Positions 18,913-29,455 of a DNA stretch of 64,000 bases are shown piece by piece. The notes under the pieces are model-generated. The model was given only the letters and a program-made list of their open reading frames with translations, did not search any database and was not told the DNA's origin. The stretch's first letter is position 1. Each line of letters opens with the position of its first letter. Origin of the DNA: a virus; the IMG/VR virus record IMGVR_UViG_3300014720_000002. One strand, 5' to 3'. Made by a program: the position numbers and the translations under genes.

Positions 18913-20888
18913 CAACTTCCAAATTCAACCTGGCTGATTACCTTCCTGGTCCAGAGGTCATGGACCCTGCCGCCATTCAGGACTCCCGCGCGCGGCTGGA
19001 GCAGTGCGTCAAAGCCTGGTGGCCGGAACTGGACACTCGTCCCGGCTCAGTGTTCGGCGATCTGCATCTCGCGCCGCTGGCCACGCTGCTGGCGTCGTTG
19101 GAGGATGCTCTCCGTCAACGCGACCGCGACACCGATCTCGATGCCATCTCTCGTGGATTGGTGACTGACCCTGATCTGGCTCGCACCTTCCTTGCCAATT
19201 TCGGTGTTACCGAAACTTCCGCCACCAAGTCCAACGGACTGGCTCGTCTGGTGTTCGCCAAGAACCAGGATGTGAGTCTTGATCCGGACATGCGTTTTCA
19301 GGCCGGCAACAGCTTGTTCAACGTGGTCACGAAGGATGGCGCGGCGTTGGTCATCCGGCAGGCCGGAACCGCTGGTGCGCGCTACGTGCTGACCGCTGAG
19401 GCTGGGCAGTTCGTGGTCTATGTGCCGCTGCAGGGAACGCCCGGCTCCTCGGTCAAAGCGGGAACTGCCATGACCTATGGACAGGCACTGGATGGGTTGG
19501 TGGGCATCACCGCCGCTGGTGACTTTGATTCCGGGGTGCCTGCCTTGAGCCTGCCGCAGATGGCCATTCGCGCGCGTGCCCTGTTCACGGCGGGCGGTCT
19601 GGGCACACGGCGTGGCGCGGTGGGTTTGCTGCGCGCTCACTTTCCCGGCCTGGTGTCGGCTGGCGCTGTAATCACGGGTGATGTCGAGATGTCCAGGGAC
19701 ACCGACAACATTCTCGGGCTGGCTCAGGGGGCCATGGATGTGCTGGTGCGTGGCAGCCGCGAATTCCAGAAGGCCGCCGGCAAGGTAACGCTGACTTACG
19801 ACCTGGCGCGGGGCGCATGGGCTGGGCGGTTGGACACCCCCGTGACGCCAGCCTTCTTCGACCTGGCTGCTGGCGTGTTCAAGGTGAGCCGGTTCAACAA
19901 CGACCGCGCGCAGCGCCGGGTATTGATGCGCTCCCTGCATCCCCGCCAGGACTCCGCCGGCTTGGCCTACTCGCGGCACCAGCAGCTTGGTCTGCTGGTG
20001 GATGATCTAGACGTGGGCAACAGCACACCAGCCAGCATCACGCCGCCGGTGCAGATTTCCGGCACGCCGGCGGTGCTGCTCGTAAGCGGTGAGTATGGCG
20101 GGCACGTCTTTTCCAACTCCTCGCGCCGCGACCTGATGCTACAGGTGGAGCGTGTGGCTGCTGATGCCACCTATGGCGAAGTCCTGGTGGTGTCGGTCAA
20201 GGACCGCCTGTCAGGCGAGTCGGGAGAGATCACGCTGGCGGTCAACTCGCCCAGCACGCCGCTATTCGCCGTGCCGGTGGCGTCGGGCACCTACACGGAA
20301 TTTTTCAACGGCCTGGCACTCCGTCTGACCCCGGCTGACAACATCTATGTCAGCAGCCGGTTTGTGGGCTGCTCCTACCAACTGTCGTTCCAAGGCCGCA
20401 GTGCTGAGTTCGAGGTGGGCTACCTCTACGATCCAACGCTGCCGCAGGTGGAGGCACTGCTGGAGCAGGACGACTATCGTCCGGCGGCCATGTCGGTGCT
20501 TGCCAGAGGATTTGCCATCTGTCATGTAAGCGCCTTGGCGATCTCGTATCAGGTGCCGTTCGGCAAGAACATCGATCTGACTGCGGCACGGCAGCGCATG
20601 GCCGACTACCTGAACGGGCTGGCTTGGCCGGAGAGCTACGACAGCAACCGGATCGCCGCCATCATGCTGGAGGCCGGAGCCAGCGCGGTCAGCGCCGTCG
20701 CACCGCAAGGCATCATCTATCCGAGCCTGGCCACGGTGTTCGTGGACAAGCAGGGCGTGGAGACCAGCATCCCACGCATCCCAACCCGCTCGCTGCTGCC
20801 TCCGGCAGGAGTGCCGGGACTGGGTGCGCGCAACCTGGCCTACCTGATCGAACCCACCGCCATCACGTTCAATGCCACTGCCCGGTAA
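18909..20888 (+). CDS. Baseplate J-like wedge protein (gp6/gpJ)
   Basis: 659 aa. N-terminal WPELDTRPGSVFGDLHLAP, a KSNGLARLVF element and a C-terminal FAICHVSALAISY...LNGL segment are typical of baseplate J. Confidence 0.7.
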   Translation: MTTSKFNLADYLPGPEVMDPAAIQDSRARLEQCVKAWWPELDTRPGSVFGDLHLAPLATLLASLEDALRQRDRDTDLDAISRGLVTDPDLARTFLANFGVTETSATKSNGLARLVFAKNQDVSLDPDMRFQAGNSLFNVVTKDGAALVIRQAGTAGARYVLTAEAGQFVVYVPLQGTPGSSVKAGTAMTYGQALDGLVGITAAGDFDSGVPALSLPQMAIRARALFTAGGLGTRRGAVGLLRAHFPGLVSAGAVITGDVEMSRDTDNILGLAQGAMDVLVRGSREFQKAAGKVTLTYDLARGAWAGRLDTPVTPAFFDLAAGVFKVSRFNNDRAQRRVLMRSLHPRQDSAGLAYSRHQQLGLLVDDLDVGNSTPASITPPVQISGTPAVLLVSGEYGGHVFSNSSRRDLMLQVERVAADATYGEVLVVSVKDRLSGESGEITLAVNSPSTPLFAVPVASGTYTEFFNGLALRLTPADNIYVSSRFVGCSYQLSFQGRSAEFEVGYLYDPTLPQVEALLEQDDYRPAAMSVLARGFAICHVSALAISYQVPFGKNIDLTAARQRMADYLNGLAWPESYDSNRIAAIMLEAGASAVSAVAPQGIIYPSLATVFVDKQGVETSIPRIPTRSLLPPAGVPGLGARNLAYLIEPTAITFNATAR

Positions 20889-22398
20889 AGTCGAAGCGAC
20901 CCACAAGAGCCTGGTCTTTCAAGGGCTGGGATCATTTTGGACGTCCGTGTTCCGGGACAAGGCTCAGGTTCGCCGGCTGCTGGACCTGGTCTGGCAGACC
21001 TCCACGTTGTCAGACTTCAACGCCGCCACCGGACACCGGGCCGGCGACTACCAGCTTTCCCGCATTCGTTCCGGCATCATTCGGTTTGCACCCGAGGAAG
21101 TTCTCACCGCTGACCAGGTAAGCTACGACGAGCCCGAGGCTGGCAGCTACGGCACGACGGCTGATTACCGGCGCGTGTTTGACGGAGCGCGAAACTGGCA
21201 CGGTGTTCCGTGGCGCGACCTCCTGCCGCTGGCGGTGCAGGGGCGCTCGGGTAGGCTGGGCGTTGGACAGGACTTCTGGGTGCATCCCGGCGGCTGGGTA
21301 TTCTTCCGTGACGACCCTGCCGTGGAGTTTCCCGATGGCGTCATCGCCGTGCTGGAAGGACTCGCTCCGGCTGGATCTACGGCAGCGGCCTGGCTGGCGG
21401 AAGCCAATGGGCGGGACCAGCAGGCGTTGGTGACAAAATATCTTCGTTGCCACCAGACTCCCGGCGCATTTCGGCTGGCTTTGGCCGCGGTAGCTGGTCT
21501 TACCGTGCTGGAAACCAGACAGCGGCTGCTGGCCGTGTTTCCGACTCGGCGCGGTCAGCGCTACGTATTTGAGCAGAGCACTAGGCTGGCGGACTATCCG
21601 CACACGCCACTGACTGTCGGACAGGATTATGCTGCCGGCACCATCATCGGCGATGGCGTGCAGGTGGTGCACGACGACGGCACGGCCCGCGCCTGGTGGC
21701 GCAGCGTGAACTGGCGTGGAGGAATCAGCCTGGACCCGTTACTGACAGCGCGCGGGCTGCGCGCCCTGGACCGGGACGTGTCGGCCTATTCAGCCGGATC
21801 AGACACCGGTTCGTCGGCTGGATCAAAGCTTCATGCGCGCGTGCCGTTGAGCGCTGACTTCTGGCAGGACCATGCCTACTGGAGCGCGGTGGCCAAGCGC
21901 GAGACCGCTGACGGTCAGTATCTCAACCGGCTGGTCGGTTTGCCTGAAGCTGACGGCACCGACCAGGTCGGCTCGCTGGCGGCACTGCTGGTTGCGGCAA
22001 CGGACGCCGAACAGGTCAGCCGCGTGCTCAACCTGCCGCTGGAGCAGCCCAACATTGACGCCCTGCACAACACCAGGCTGATCAACGCCATCGACCTGCT
22101 GTTTCAGGCCGTGCTCGGCCGACGTGGTCTGGTGGTCGTGCTCGATCAAGGCAAAGTGCCTTACCCGCAGGCCGCGCTGGAATTCATCCGCGAGCACCTG
22201 CCGGCGGGTTGTGTGCCGGTGGTATTGTCGCATCCGGCGGATTTGCCAGTTGAACGCATCACGGTTGGTGATAATCTCGGCGTCACTGAAAGCGTGACCA
22301 TTGGCGTGCTGGTTCCTCGCTCTGCCACGGAGCAGGTGCTGCTGGGCGGCATGACTGCGGAACGCGTGGCCATCCGGCACCTGGTGCCCGTCACCTGA
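20872..22398 (+). CDS. Baseplate wedge protein (gp7/gpI-like)
   Basis: 508 aa after baseplate J; starts LGSFWTSVF and ends with an 'FIREHLPAGCVPVV' tail-I-like segment. Confidence 0.5.
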   Translation: MPLPGKVEATHKSLVFQGLGSFWTSVFRDKAQVRRLLDLVWQTSTLSDFNAATGHRAGDYQLSRIRSGIIRFAPEEVLTADQVSYDEPEAGSYGTTADYRRVFDGARNWHGVPWRDLLPLAVQGRSGRLGVGQDFWVHPGGWVFFRDDPAVEFPDGVIAVLEGLAPAGSTAAAWLAEANGRDQQALVTKYLRCHQTPGAFRLALAAVAGLTVLETRQRLLAVFPTRRGQRYVFEQSTRLADYPHTPLTVGQDYAAGTIIGDGVQVVHDDGTARAWWRSVNWRGGISLDPLLTARGLRALDRDVSAYSAGSDTGSSAGSKLHARVPLSADFWQDHAYWSAVAKRETADGQYLNRLVGLPEADGTDQVGSLAALLVAATDAEQVSRVLNLPLEQPNIDALHNTRLINAIDLLFQAVLGRRGLVVVLDQGKVPYPQAALEFIREHLPAGCVPVVLSHPADLPVERITVGDNLGVTESVTIGVLVPRSATEQVLLGGMTAERVAIRHLVPVT

Positions 22399-22400
22399 CT

Positions 22401-23021
22401 ATGGACAAGCTTAACTTCAAAGATCTGGCCCGTTCCGTGGTGGTCATCCGGGAATGGGACGCGGCGGGCCGGCTGCTGCGCACCCAGCGCACGACCAACA
22501 CCCTCACCTACGCCGCTGCGGGGCTGTTGCTGACTGCTCTGCTGCGTTCCGGCCCATCACAGGTGACCCACCTGTATGCCCGGTTCGGCACGGACGCCCA
22601 GCCTGGCTTCCTGGTTCCGGACAATGCTGATGTGCAGCGCACCCAGCGGGTTGACTTTCTCGAAGCGCCCAACGCTGCCACCGGCGGGCTGTGGGTGCCC
22701 GTGCTGGCGGCACCCGTTCAGGAAACCACGGACAACACGAAATACGCCGGCAACCGCGCCACCTTCCTGTTCCGCATTCCCTACAACCTGACGGCGGCGC
22801 AGATTTCACCGGCAGAAAACTTCGACCTCTCAAACTCGAAGATCTTCGCCCTCGGCCTGGCGGTGGCGCAGAACCTTAACCTTCGGGAGCAGGACGTGAT
22901 CTTCTCGGTGCTGCCGGCGTTCACTAATAACACTGATCCGACTTCCGGCTACTTCCAGAAGTTCCTCATTGCGCCGGGTGGTCAGACCACGGTCGATTAC
23001 ACGGTCGAGATGTTCTCCTGA
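22401..23021 (+). CDS. Baseplate / tail-collar-like protein
   Basis: 206 aa; 'RTQRTTNTLTYAAAGLLLTAL...THLYARFG' resembles tail-collar N-termini. Sits before the large fibre gene. Confidence 0.4.
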   Translation: MDKLNFKDLARSVVVIREWDAAGRLLRTQRTTNTLTYAAAGLLLTALLRSGPSQVTHLYARFGTDAQPGFLVPDNADVQRTQRVDFLEAPNAATGGLWVPVLAAPVQETTDNTKYAGNRATFLFRIPYNLTAAQISPAENFDLSNSKIFALGLAVAQNLNLREQDVIFSVLPAFTNNTDPTSGYFQKFLIAPGGQTTVDYTVEMFS

Positions 23022-23023
23022 GC

Positions 23024-26000
23024 ATGAGCGCAAACCCTGATCTCAGCCAAGTGCGGCATGTGCAGTCTGGCGATCCGGTGGCCAGTGCGCCGACGTCGCA
23101 GCCCACACGCGCCCTAGAACTGCAGATCCAGCAGTTGCGCGAACTTATCTCGCAGCAGACAGCCGGCACGCTCAGCAAGCTCGTCATTCCCGGCGTGAAG
23201 CTGGCGGACAACGTCCTGCCTTACGACGTGGTGCACTACAACGGCGCCACCGGCAGGTATGAGCGAGCAGTGGCTGGTGTGACTTTTGTTGAGGACCACT
23301 TCTCCACCAACCCGTCTTCCTTGTCATTCGGGCTGGTGTTGTCCCGCAACGGCGGGCTGGGTGACGTGATGGTGGGCGGCTGGATGAACTGGCCGAACTC
23401 AGGTGTCCGCGCTGCGATGCTGGAAACGGGCCAGGTGTTCCTGCCGGGCGTGCCTTACTTCTTGTCCGCCGTCGAGCCTGGCCGGATTACCCGGCAAGCA
23501 CCAGCGTTACGCATCCAGATCCTGATGGCCACGGACGACCATCTGGTGCTGATGCCAGCTTTCACCACGCCGGAAAGCATCGAGAGCAATTTCCGAAAGG
23601 CCGTCGGCATGCGTCCGGTTGGTTCCCTGCGCCAGCATGGCGTGGACAACGACCGTCAGGTCATTGTCGGTTTCGACGGCGTGGAACTGGCCGATGCCTC
23701 CACTAACGAATGGGTGCACACCCAGGACAGCATCACCGAGACCATCCGCAAATACGGCTGGGTGCTGGCCGACGCAAGTGTCGCCATGCAGCCAGCGGCG
23801 CCGCTCTATCTCATGATCGAGGTGGATGCCACCACCGGCGCGATTCGCATTTTCTCCGCCGACACCCTGGCGGAGTTGTCCTCGGGCGGACCCGGCACCT
23901 TCAATCCGGCGACCTTGACGCTGGACAACAACGTCAATCACGCCTACGCCGTGCTGGACCGGCAGGGCAACACGCTGGGAACGCTGACATTCCGTTTCCT
24001 CACCAGCAATGCGTCACGCAAGCGCCGCGCGGTGTTCAAGTTCCCGGACAGCTTCCAGGGATGGAAGCTGACCTGGCCTCCCATACAACCTTCCGCCACG
24101 GCGGTTATCGGTGCCGCTGGAACCACCACGGCGGGCAAGCTGATCCGGGTGGATGTCAAGGAAGGTGGCATCGGTTATGTGACACCGCCGACCGTCGTGA
24201 TTTCCGGTGGCGGTGGGGCCGGCGCCACGGCGGTTGCCCTGCTAAACGAGCATGGCGTAATCTCCGAGGTGGTGGTCACCAACGCCGGTGCCAACTACAG
24301 CAGCACGCCGACCGTTACCTTCGATTCCAAGGCGATCTCGGTGCGTGTGGTCAATGGCGGATATGGTGCGACGCTGGCTGCTGCGGTGTCCGGTGGACAG
24401 TTGACCGGCGTGACAGTTACGGCGGGCGGTTCTGATTACCTGCAGGCGCCTTCGGTTGAGGTGGTGGATGTCACCGGCAGCGGAGCGCGCGTCGTCACGG
24501 AAGTGGCCAACGGACAGGTCATCAGTGCCAGGATTGTGTCGGCTGGTGCCGGTTATTCCGGCAGTCCTGTGCTGCGGGTGCGGCCCAGCGGCAATGCCGG
24601 CTATCGCACGGGCGAAGCTGACGTGGTGTTCTCGTCTGGCAATGCTGGTGCCGCAGCCGTGCTGGATCCAGTCGGCATCTTCCGGGTGGAAGTGCTTTGT
24701 GGCGGCAACCACTACACCAGCGCGGCGGCCATTGTGGTCAGCGGCGGAGGGGGCAGTGGCGCCGACATCCGACCGATCGTAGAGAGCGGGCGCATCGTGG
24801 ATGCTGTGGTGCTGAACCCTGGCACTGGCTTCACCGCTGAACCGACCTTGACGGTCACCGACAGCGCCGGCAACGCCCACGGGGCCAAGTTTAAGGCGGT
24901 GATAGGAGCGTCCGTCCGAGGTGTCACCCTGAGCACGGGCGGCACCGGATTGACTGAACTGCCGACGGCCAACGTCGGGTCGCGCGTGGATGAGCTTTCA
25001 ATCGAGGATGGCGGGGCCGGCTACACAGTGGCGCCAGCAGTCAGCTTCAGCGGAGGGCAAGGCTCCGGTGCAGCGGCGACCGCCTATCTTGGACCGGCCA
25101 TCAACCAGATCGTCATCCTTAACCGCGGATCGGGTTACACCCAGGCGCAGATCGCGGCAATGACCATCAGCCTGTCCTACAACCCCGGCAGCGATGCGTT
25201 GCTGGTGCCGGTGTTCGAGCAGGTCAGCGGTGACAATTACCGGCTGAAAGGCGTGGAGATCATCCAGGCTGGTCACAGCTTTACGTCGGGTCCGCCGACG
25301 CTCAGCTTCAGCGCCGCTCCGGCGGGCGGCGGTGGCGTGGCGGCCAGCATCGCAGCGGTGCTCAGCAACGGCGGCTCAGTGGTGGCCCTCAAAAAGACCG
25401 CCGCCGGAAGCGGGTATGTGACTCCTCCAGATGTGACCATGCCGCCGCCCCCTTCGGGCAGCGGTGTGCGCGCGGCGCGGGCCACGGCCAAACTGGGCGG
25501 CTTCGGCGCCCGGCTGGATGTCACCAGGTCAGGGCACGGCGGCTTTGTGGTGCCAACGCCTGATCCGGCGCCGCCGACCGGCAACTTCCTGCAGATCTTC
25601 GACTACCACGCCGATCACTTGGAACCGGCTGGCGCGAAATTTGCCCGTCCTCCGGGCGGGGTGCTCTACTACAACTTCAAGGCCGACCCAGGCGCCCGGG
25701 AGCGCTATCCGGCGGTGCCGGTGGACAAATGCCTGTTCGTGCTGAACGGCGTGGAGGCGCACACGGCGGTGCTCAACGAGGCCTCCGGCAAGTTCCGTGA
25801 TCCGAACGCCGACGTGGGGCTGTCCCGCAAGACCATCTTTTGGTGCAGCAACTACTTGCACGGCACGCCCTGGGACTTCGCCTGGCGCCAGCTTGCCTTC
25901 CGACCCGGATCAGGCGGCCGGGATCATGTGGTGGCTGGCACCAACCGCAACAGCGATCCGGAACTGGTCTGGAAGTGGTGGGAGCATCTGTTCGACATCG

Positions 26001-26605
26001 AGCCACAGTTGAACCGGGGCTGGCTGCACATCGCGCGAGCGAGCCGGTTCTTCCAGAGCGGCCGGGTCACTGCCCTGGGTGCCATGGCCCCGCTGCGGTT
26101 AATCGATGTGGCGACCGGTGTGGATGTCAGCCAGGACGGTCGGTTAATGAACGGTCAGTTGATGCTCACACTGGACAACCAGACCAATCTCATGGGCGGC
26201 ACTGGCAGCCAGATCGAGATGGCACGCTCGGGCGATCTGCAGGTCATCTACATCAACGAAACTGGCCGCAACGTGATGGTGACGTCCATCCTGCTGCAGG
26301 TGGTGCACCAGACCCAGTCTTCGCCGGCGGACGTGACCAAGGCCGCGCGGGTGGTGATCGGGACGGCGGAGAATCTCTACGCCGACCTGGTTGGTGAGAC
26401 CGTGGCCGCAGATGGGTCGGTTGTCCGTGGCGTGTCAGCCCGCTTGTTCCAGGGCGGACAGGTCAAGGAGTTGTTTCCTGACAGCCATAAGCCGGTGCCG
26501 GCGCTGGCGCCAGGCCAGAAGATTTACCTGCGGGTCGAGCAGCCGGCCGGTGCACCGATTATCAGCCAGGTGGTGGTGGCCAAGCTCAAAGGGCACGTCC
26601 TCTAA
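23024..26605 (+). CDS. Large baseplate-attached fibre/spike protein with Gly-rich repeats
   Basis: 1193 aa with about 12 copies of V..xGxGY..xPxV..SGGGGxGA in the middle, and an N-terminal beta-rich domain resembling the one in 29984..30649. Confidence 0.6.
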   Translation: MSANPDLSQVRHVQSGDPVASAPTSQPTRALELQIQQLRELISQQTAGTLSKLVIPGVKLADNVLPYDVVHYNGATGRYERAVAGVTFVEDHFSTNPSSLSFGLVLSRNGGLGDVMVGGWMNWPNSGVRAAMLETGQVFLPGVPYFLSAVEPGRITRQAPALRIQILMATDDHLVLMPAFTTPESIESNFRKAVGMRPVGSLRQHGVDNDRQVIVGFDGVELADASTNEWVHTQDSITETIRKYGWVLADASVAMQPAAPLYLMIEVDATTGAIRIFSADTLAELSSGGPGTFNPATLTLDNNVNHAYAVLDRQGNTLGTLTFRFLTSNASRKRRAVFKFPDSFQGWKLTWPPIQPSATAVIGAAGTTTAGKLIRVDVKEGGIGYVTPPTVVISGGGGAGATAVALLNEHGVISEVVVTNAGANYSSTPTVTFDSKAISVRVVNGGYGATLAAAVSGGQLTGVTVTAGGSDYLQAPSVEVVDVTGSGARVVTEVANGQVISARIVSAGAGYSGSPVLRVRPSGNAGYRTGEADVVFSSGNAGAAAVLDPVGIFRVEVLCGGNHYTSAAAIVVSGGGGSGADIRPIVESGRIVDAVVLNPGTGFTAEPTLTVTDSAGNAHGAKFKAVIGASVRGVTLSTGGTGLTELPTANVGSRVDELSIEDGGAGYTVAPAVSFSGGQGSGAAATAYLGPAINQIVILNRGSGYTQAQIAAMTISLSYNPGSDALLVPVFEQVSGDNYRLKGVEIIQAGHSFTSGPPTLSFSAAPAGGGGVAASIAAVLSNGGSVVALKKTAAGSGYVTPPDVTMPPPPSGSGVRAARATAKLGGFGARLDVTRSGHGGFVVPTPDPAPPTGNFLQIFDYHADHLEPAGAKFARPPGGVLYYNFKADPGARERYPAVPVDKCLFVLNGVEAHTAVLNEASGKFRDPNADVGLSRKTIFWCSNYLHGTPWDFAWRQLAFRPGSGGRDHVVAGTNRNSDPELVWKWWEHLFDIEPQLNRGWLHIARASRFFQSGRVTALGAMAPLRLIDVATGVDVSQDGRLMNGQLMLTLDNQTNLMGGTGSQIEMARSGDLQVIYINETGRNVMVTSILLQVVHQTQSSPADVTKAARVVIGTAENLYADLVGETVAADGSVVRGVSARLFQGGQVKELFPDSHKPVPALAPGQKIYLRVEQPAGAPIISQVVVAKLKGHVL

Positions 26606-26607
26606 CC

Positions 26608-27498
26608 ATGCCGCTGGAAACTTCCATCACGTTGACCCGGCTGGGCATGGACCCTGACACGCTGGAAGCCGGTCAGCAGCAGGTCTGGCGGCTGGTCATT
26701 CAAGCACAGGCTGAAGGCGGCATTCCGGCGGAGATCTTCGTGCACCGGGTAGGAATGTCAGGCGCATTGCTGGAGGGCGACCTGTTCGAGTGCGTCGCGT
26801 CGGTCAGCCAGATGCACGAGCTTCCCCGGCTGGGTGGCGCTGTCAGTCCGGACAGCCAGATTCCGTTCTACCGCTCCAACCAGGTTGAACTGGTGCTGCG
26901 GACACCGGAGGAGGCGGAGCGTGTGTGGAAGCTGATCCGGGAAGACGTGGCGCTGCTGGTCCGAAACTGGGTGGCCATGGAGCGGCTGCTGGCCGTTGAA
27001 ATTGTCCGCGCCAAGGAGGACGTTGTCGAGAAACTGAGCACCAACATGAAACCGCCTGAGGTCATCTCGCTGTCCTATCATCCGGCCGGCACCGCCACGC
27101 TGAGTAGCGGTGTGCAGGGGCTGGTGGATCCCGATCCATCCGTGCGCGGCTGGTTGCCGGCTTCCGAGGCGCCGGCCGGCTGGCAGGTGCCTGGCGGTGC
27201 CTTGTTTTTCTACAACCTCGCCAAGGACGATGCCCTCAAAGACCGTTTCCCGCTGCCGGAGCCGGCAGCGGGGCATCTGCTGTCCCGTAACGGCATTTTG
27301 CTGCCGCATGGAGTCACGCATCTGATCACGCGCGACACAATCTGGTGGTTAAAGTTTGCACCCGCGGCCATCCCTGGCTACAGTCGGCTCAGTGGTCAAC
27401 CGCAGGATGGCAATGCGCCGTGGCCGTTGGATTACGTTGACGCTCTGAATCCGGGCCAGTTGCCCGTGCTGTTGAAACTGAGCGTCTTCGGATCATGA
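26608..27498 (+). CDS. Hypothetical virion-module protein
   Basis: 296-aa ORF in the continuous + strand operon. Confidence 0.55.
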   Translation: MPLETSITLTRLGMDPDTLEAGQQQVWRLVIQAQAEGGIPAEIFVHRVGMSGALLEGDLFECVASVSQMHELPRLGGAVSPDSQIPFYRSNQVELVLRTPEEAERVWKLIREDVALLVRNWVAMERLLAVEIVRAKEDVVEKLSTNMKPPEVISLSYHPAGTATLSSGVQGLVDPDPSVRGWLPASEAPAGWQVPGGALFFYNLAKDDALKDRFPLPEPAAGHLLSRNGILLPHGVTHLITRDTIWWLKFAPAAIPGYSRLSGQPQDGNAPWPLDYVDALNPGQLPVLLKLSVFGS

Positions 27499-28025
27499 GT
27501 CACGGCACCTTTCCAATTCCTGGCCTTATGCAACCTGGAGCACCAAATTGGGAACAGCGGGTCGAAGTTCATTTCGGCCAGACCGCCGAGATACCCATCA
27601 TGATGATCGGGCAGGACGTGCCCACGCCTGCCTTCGACGTTTATGTCTCCCGCGAGCAGGGAACCACGGTCAAGTTGCTGTTCGCCTCCAAGGACAATGT
27701 CCACATCTTCACCCGTCCCAAGGGAACGGGATTCAAGGAGTGTTACATCAAGTTCGACAGCGACACGCTCCGCATTTTCCCCGGCACGTATGTCGTCCGG
27801 GTGTTTCGTAACGGCGCCAAGCTCGTGGAAAAATACATGAGCGTGCTGGACAGCCCGACGCCGCAGGTGACGGTGCCGGCACAGTCAGCCGGCTCCACGT
27901 CCGGCATTGACGTCAAGCTTACGGACACCGACGACGGGTCGGTCATGGTTTATCGGAAAGACACCCAGCGGTTTGAGACCACCAACGAGCCAACCCAGTT
28001 GGATATGGACGGGGGCAGGTTTTGA
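27495..28025 (+). CDS. Hypothetical protein, possibly Ig-like (BppU-like)
   Basis: 176 aa, ATGA overlap, beta-rich (FPGTYVVRV). Confidence 0.5.
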   Translation: MSHGTFPIPGLMQPGAPNWEQRVEVHFGQTAEIPIMMIGQDVPTPAFDVYVSREQGTTVKLLFASKDNVHIFTRPKGTGFKECYIKFDSDTLRIFPGTYVVRVFRNGAKLVEKYMSVLDSPTPQVTVPAQSAGSTSGIDVKLTDTDDGSVMVYRKDTQRFETTNEPTQLDMDGGRF

Positions 28026-28075
28026 CCAGATAGTGATCAGCAAGCAGCAACCACGCAGTATAACTAGAAAAACTT

Positions 28076-29377
28076 ATGGCTAACGTCATTCGCATCAAGC
28101 GCCGTAGCAGCGGCGCAACAGGCGCCCCCTCATCGCTCGCGAGCGGTGAGTTGGCGGTCAACGAGATGGATGGAAAGCTCTACTACGGCAAGGGCAACAA
28201 CGGCTCGGGCGTCGCCACGAGCATTGTCGTCCTGGGCACCGAGGGATCCATCAACGGCAACGATACCATCACCCTCTCCGGCGATGCGTCGGGTTCCGGC
28301 ACCACCTCGATCGCGGTCACGCTCGCCAACAGCGGCGTGTCGGCCGGCAGCTACACCAAGGTCACCGTCGATGCCAAAGGTCGTGTCACCTCGGGCACCA
28401 CGTTGTCTGATTCGGACATCCCGACGCTGACGGCCTCCAAGATCAGCGACTTCGACACCCAGGTCCGCACCAGCCGCCTCGACCAGATGGCGTCGCCGAC
28501 GGCCTCGGTCTCGATGAACAGCCAGCGCATCACCAGCCTGGCCACCCCGACCAGTGCCAACGACGCCGCCACCAAGGCGTATGTCGATGCCACCAAGCAG
28601 GGGCTCGACATCAAGGCGTCGGTTCGCGTGACCACCCAGGCGGCCCTGCCGGCGGTCACCTACGACAACGGCACGTCCGGGGTCGGCGCCACGCTGACGG
28701 CGGATGCCAACGGCGACATCAATGATGAACTCATCGACGGTCTCAGCGACCTCGTGGTAGGCGACCGTATCCTGGTCAAAAATCAAGCGGCCGGTCTGCA
28801 GAACGGCATCTATGATGTCACCGCGGTCGGTGATGGCAGCAATCCGTTCTTGCTCACCCGCACCACCGACGCGGATACGGGTGGTGCGTCCGGCGACATC
28901 ACCGGCGGCATGTTCACCTTCGTCGAGGAAGGCACTGCCAGTGCCGACTCGGGCTGGGTGCTCACCACCAACGGCGCGCTCACCATCGGCACCACGGCCC
29001 TGACCTTCGTCCAGTTCTCGGGCGCTGGTCAGATCACCGCTGGCGCGGCGCTCACCAAGACCGGCAACACGCTCGACGTGGCGGTGGACGGCTCGTCCAT
29101 CGAAGTCAACTCGGATGCGCTGCGGGTCAAGGCTGGCGGCATCACCAACGCGATGCTGGCAGGTTCGATCGACCTGACGGCCAAGGTCACGGGCGTCCTG
29201 CCGGTGGCCAACGGCGGCACCAACCTGTCCAGCTACACGGCGGGTGACCTGGTCTATGCCTCCGGCACCACCACGCTCTCGAAGCTGGCGGCCGGCACGG
29301 CGGGCCAGGTGCTCGTCATGAACTCCGGCGCCACGGCGCCCGAGTGGGCTGACGGTCTCGATGGCGGGAGCTTCTAA
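28076..29377 (+). CDS. Tail/head fibre protein
   Basis: 433 aa. T4 gp37-like N-terminus (IRIKRRSS...SLASGELAVNEMDGKLY), a common fibre module (DAATKAYVD...GLDIKASVRV...GDRILVKNQ...QNGIY) and very strong C/G-ending codons. Confidence 0.7.
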   Translation: MANVIRIKRRSSGATGAPSSLASGELAVNEMDGKLYYGKGNNGSGVATSIVVLGTEGSINGNDTITLSGDASGSGTTSIAVTLANSGVSAGSYTKVTVDAKGRVTSGTTLSDSDIPTLTASKISDFDTQVRTSRLDQMASPTASVSMNSQRITSLATPTSANDAATKAYVDATKQGLDIKASVRVTTQAALPAVTYDNGTSGVGATLTADANGDINDELIDGLSDLVVGDRILVKNQAAGLQNGIYDVTAVGDGSNPFLLTRTTDADTGGASGDITGGMFTFVEEGTASADSGWVLTTNGALTIGTTALTFVQFSGAGQITAGAALTKTGNTLDVAVDGSSIEVNSDALRVKAGGITNAMLAGSIDLTAKVTGVLPVANGGTNLSSYTAGDLVYASGTTTLSKLAAGTAGQVLVMNSGATAPEWADGLDGGSF

Positions 29378-29399
29378 GCCCGGCCAAGTCTGTCGTAAC

Positions 29400-29445
29400 G
29401 ACCCGCCGGGCATGCCTGTAACAGGGCTGTCCGGCGGGTCTTCTT
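29400..29445 (+). terminator. Terminator/attenuator-like hairpin
   Basis: gacccgccgg (29400-29409) / ccggcgggtc (29431-29440) perfect 10-bp stem, with further inner pairing (cctg/cagg), followed by ttctt. Confidence 0.6.
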
Positions 29446-29455
29446 GAAACCGCCC

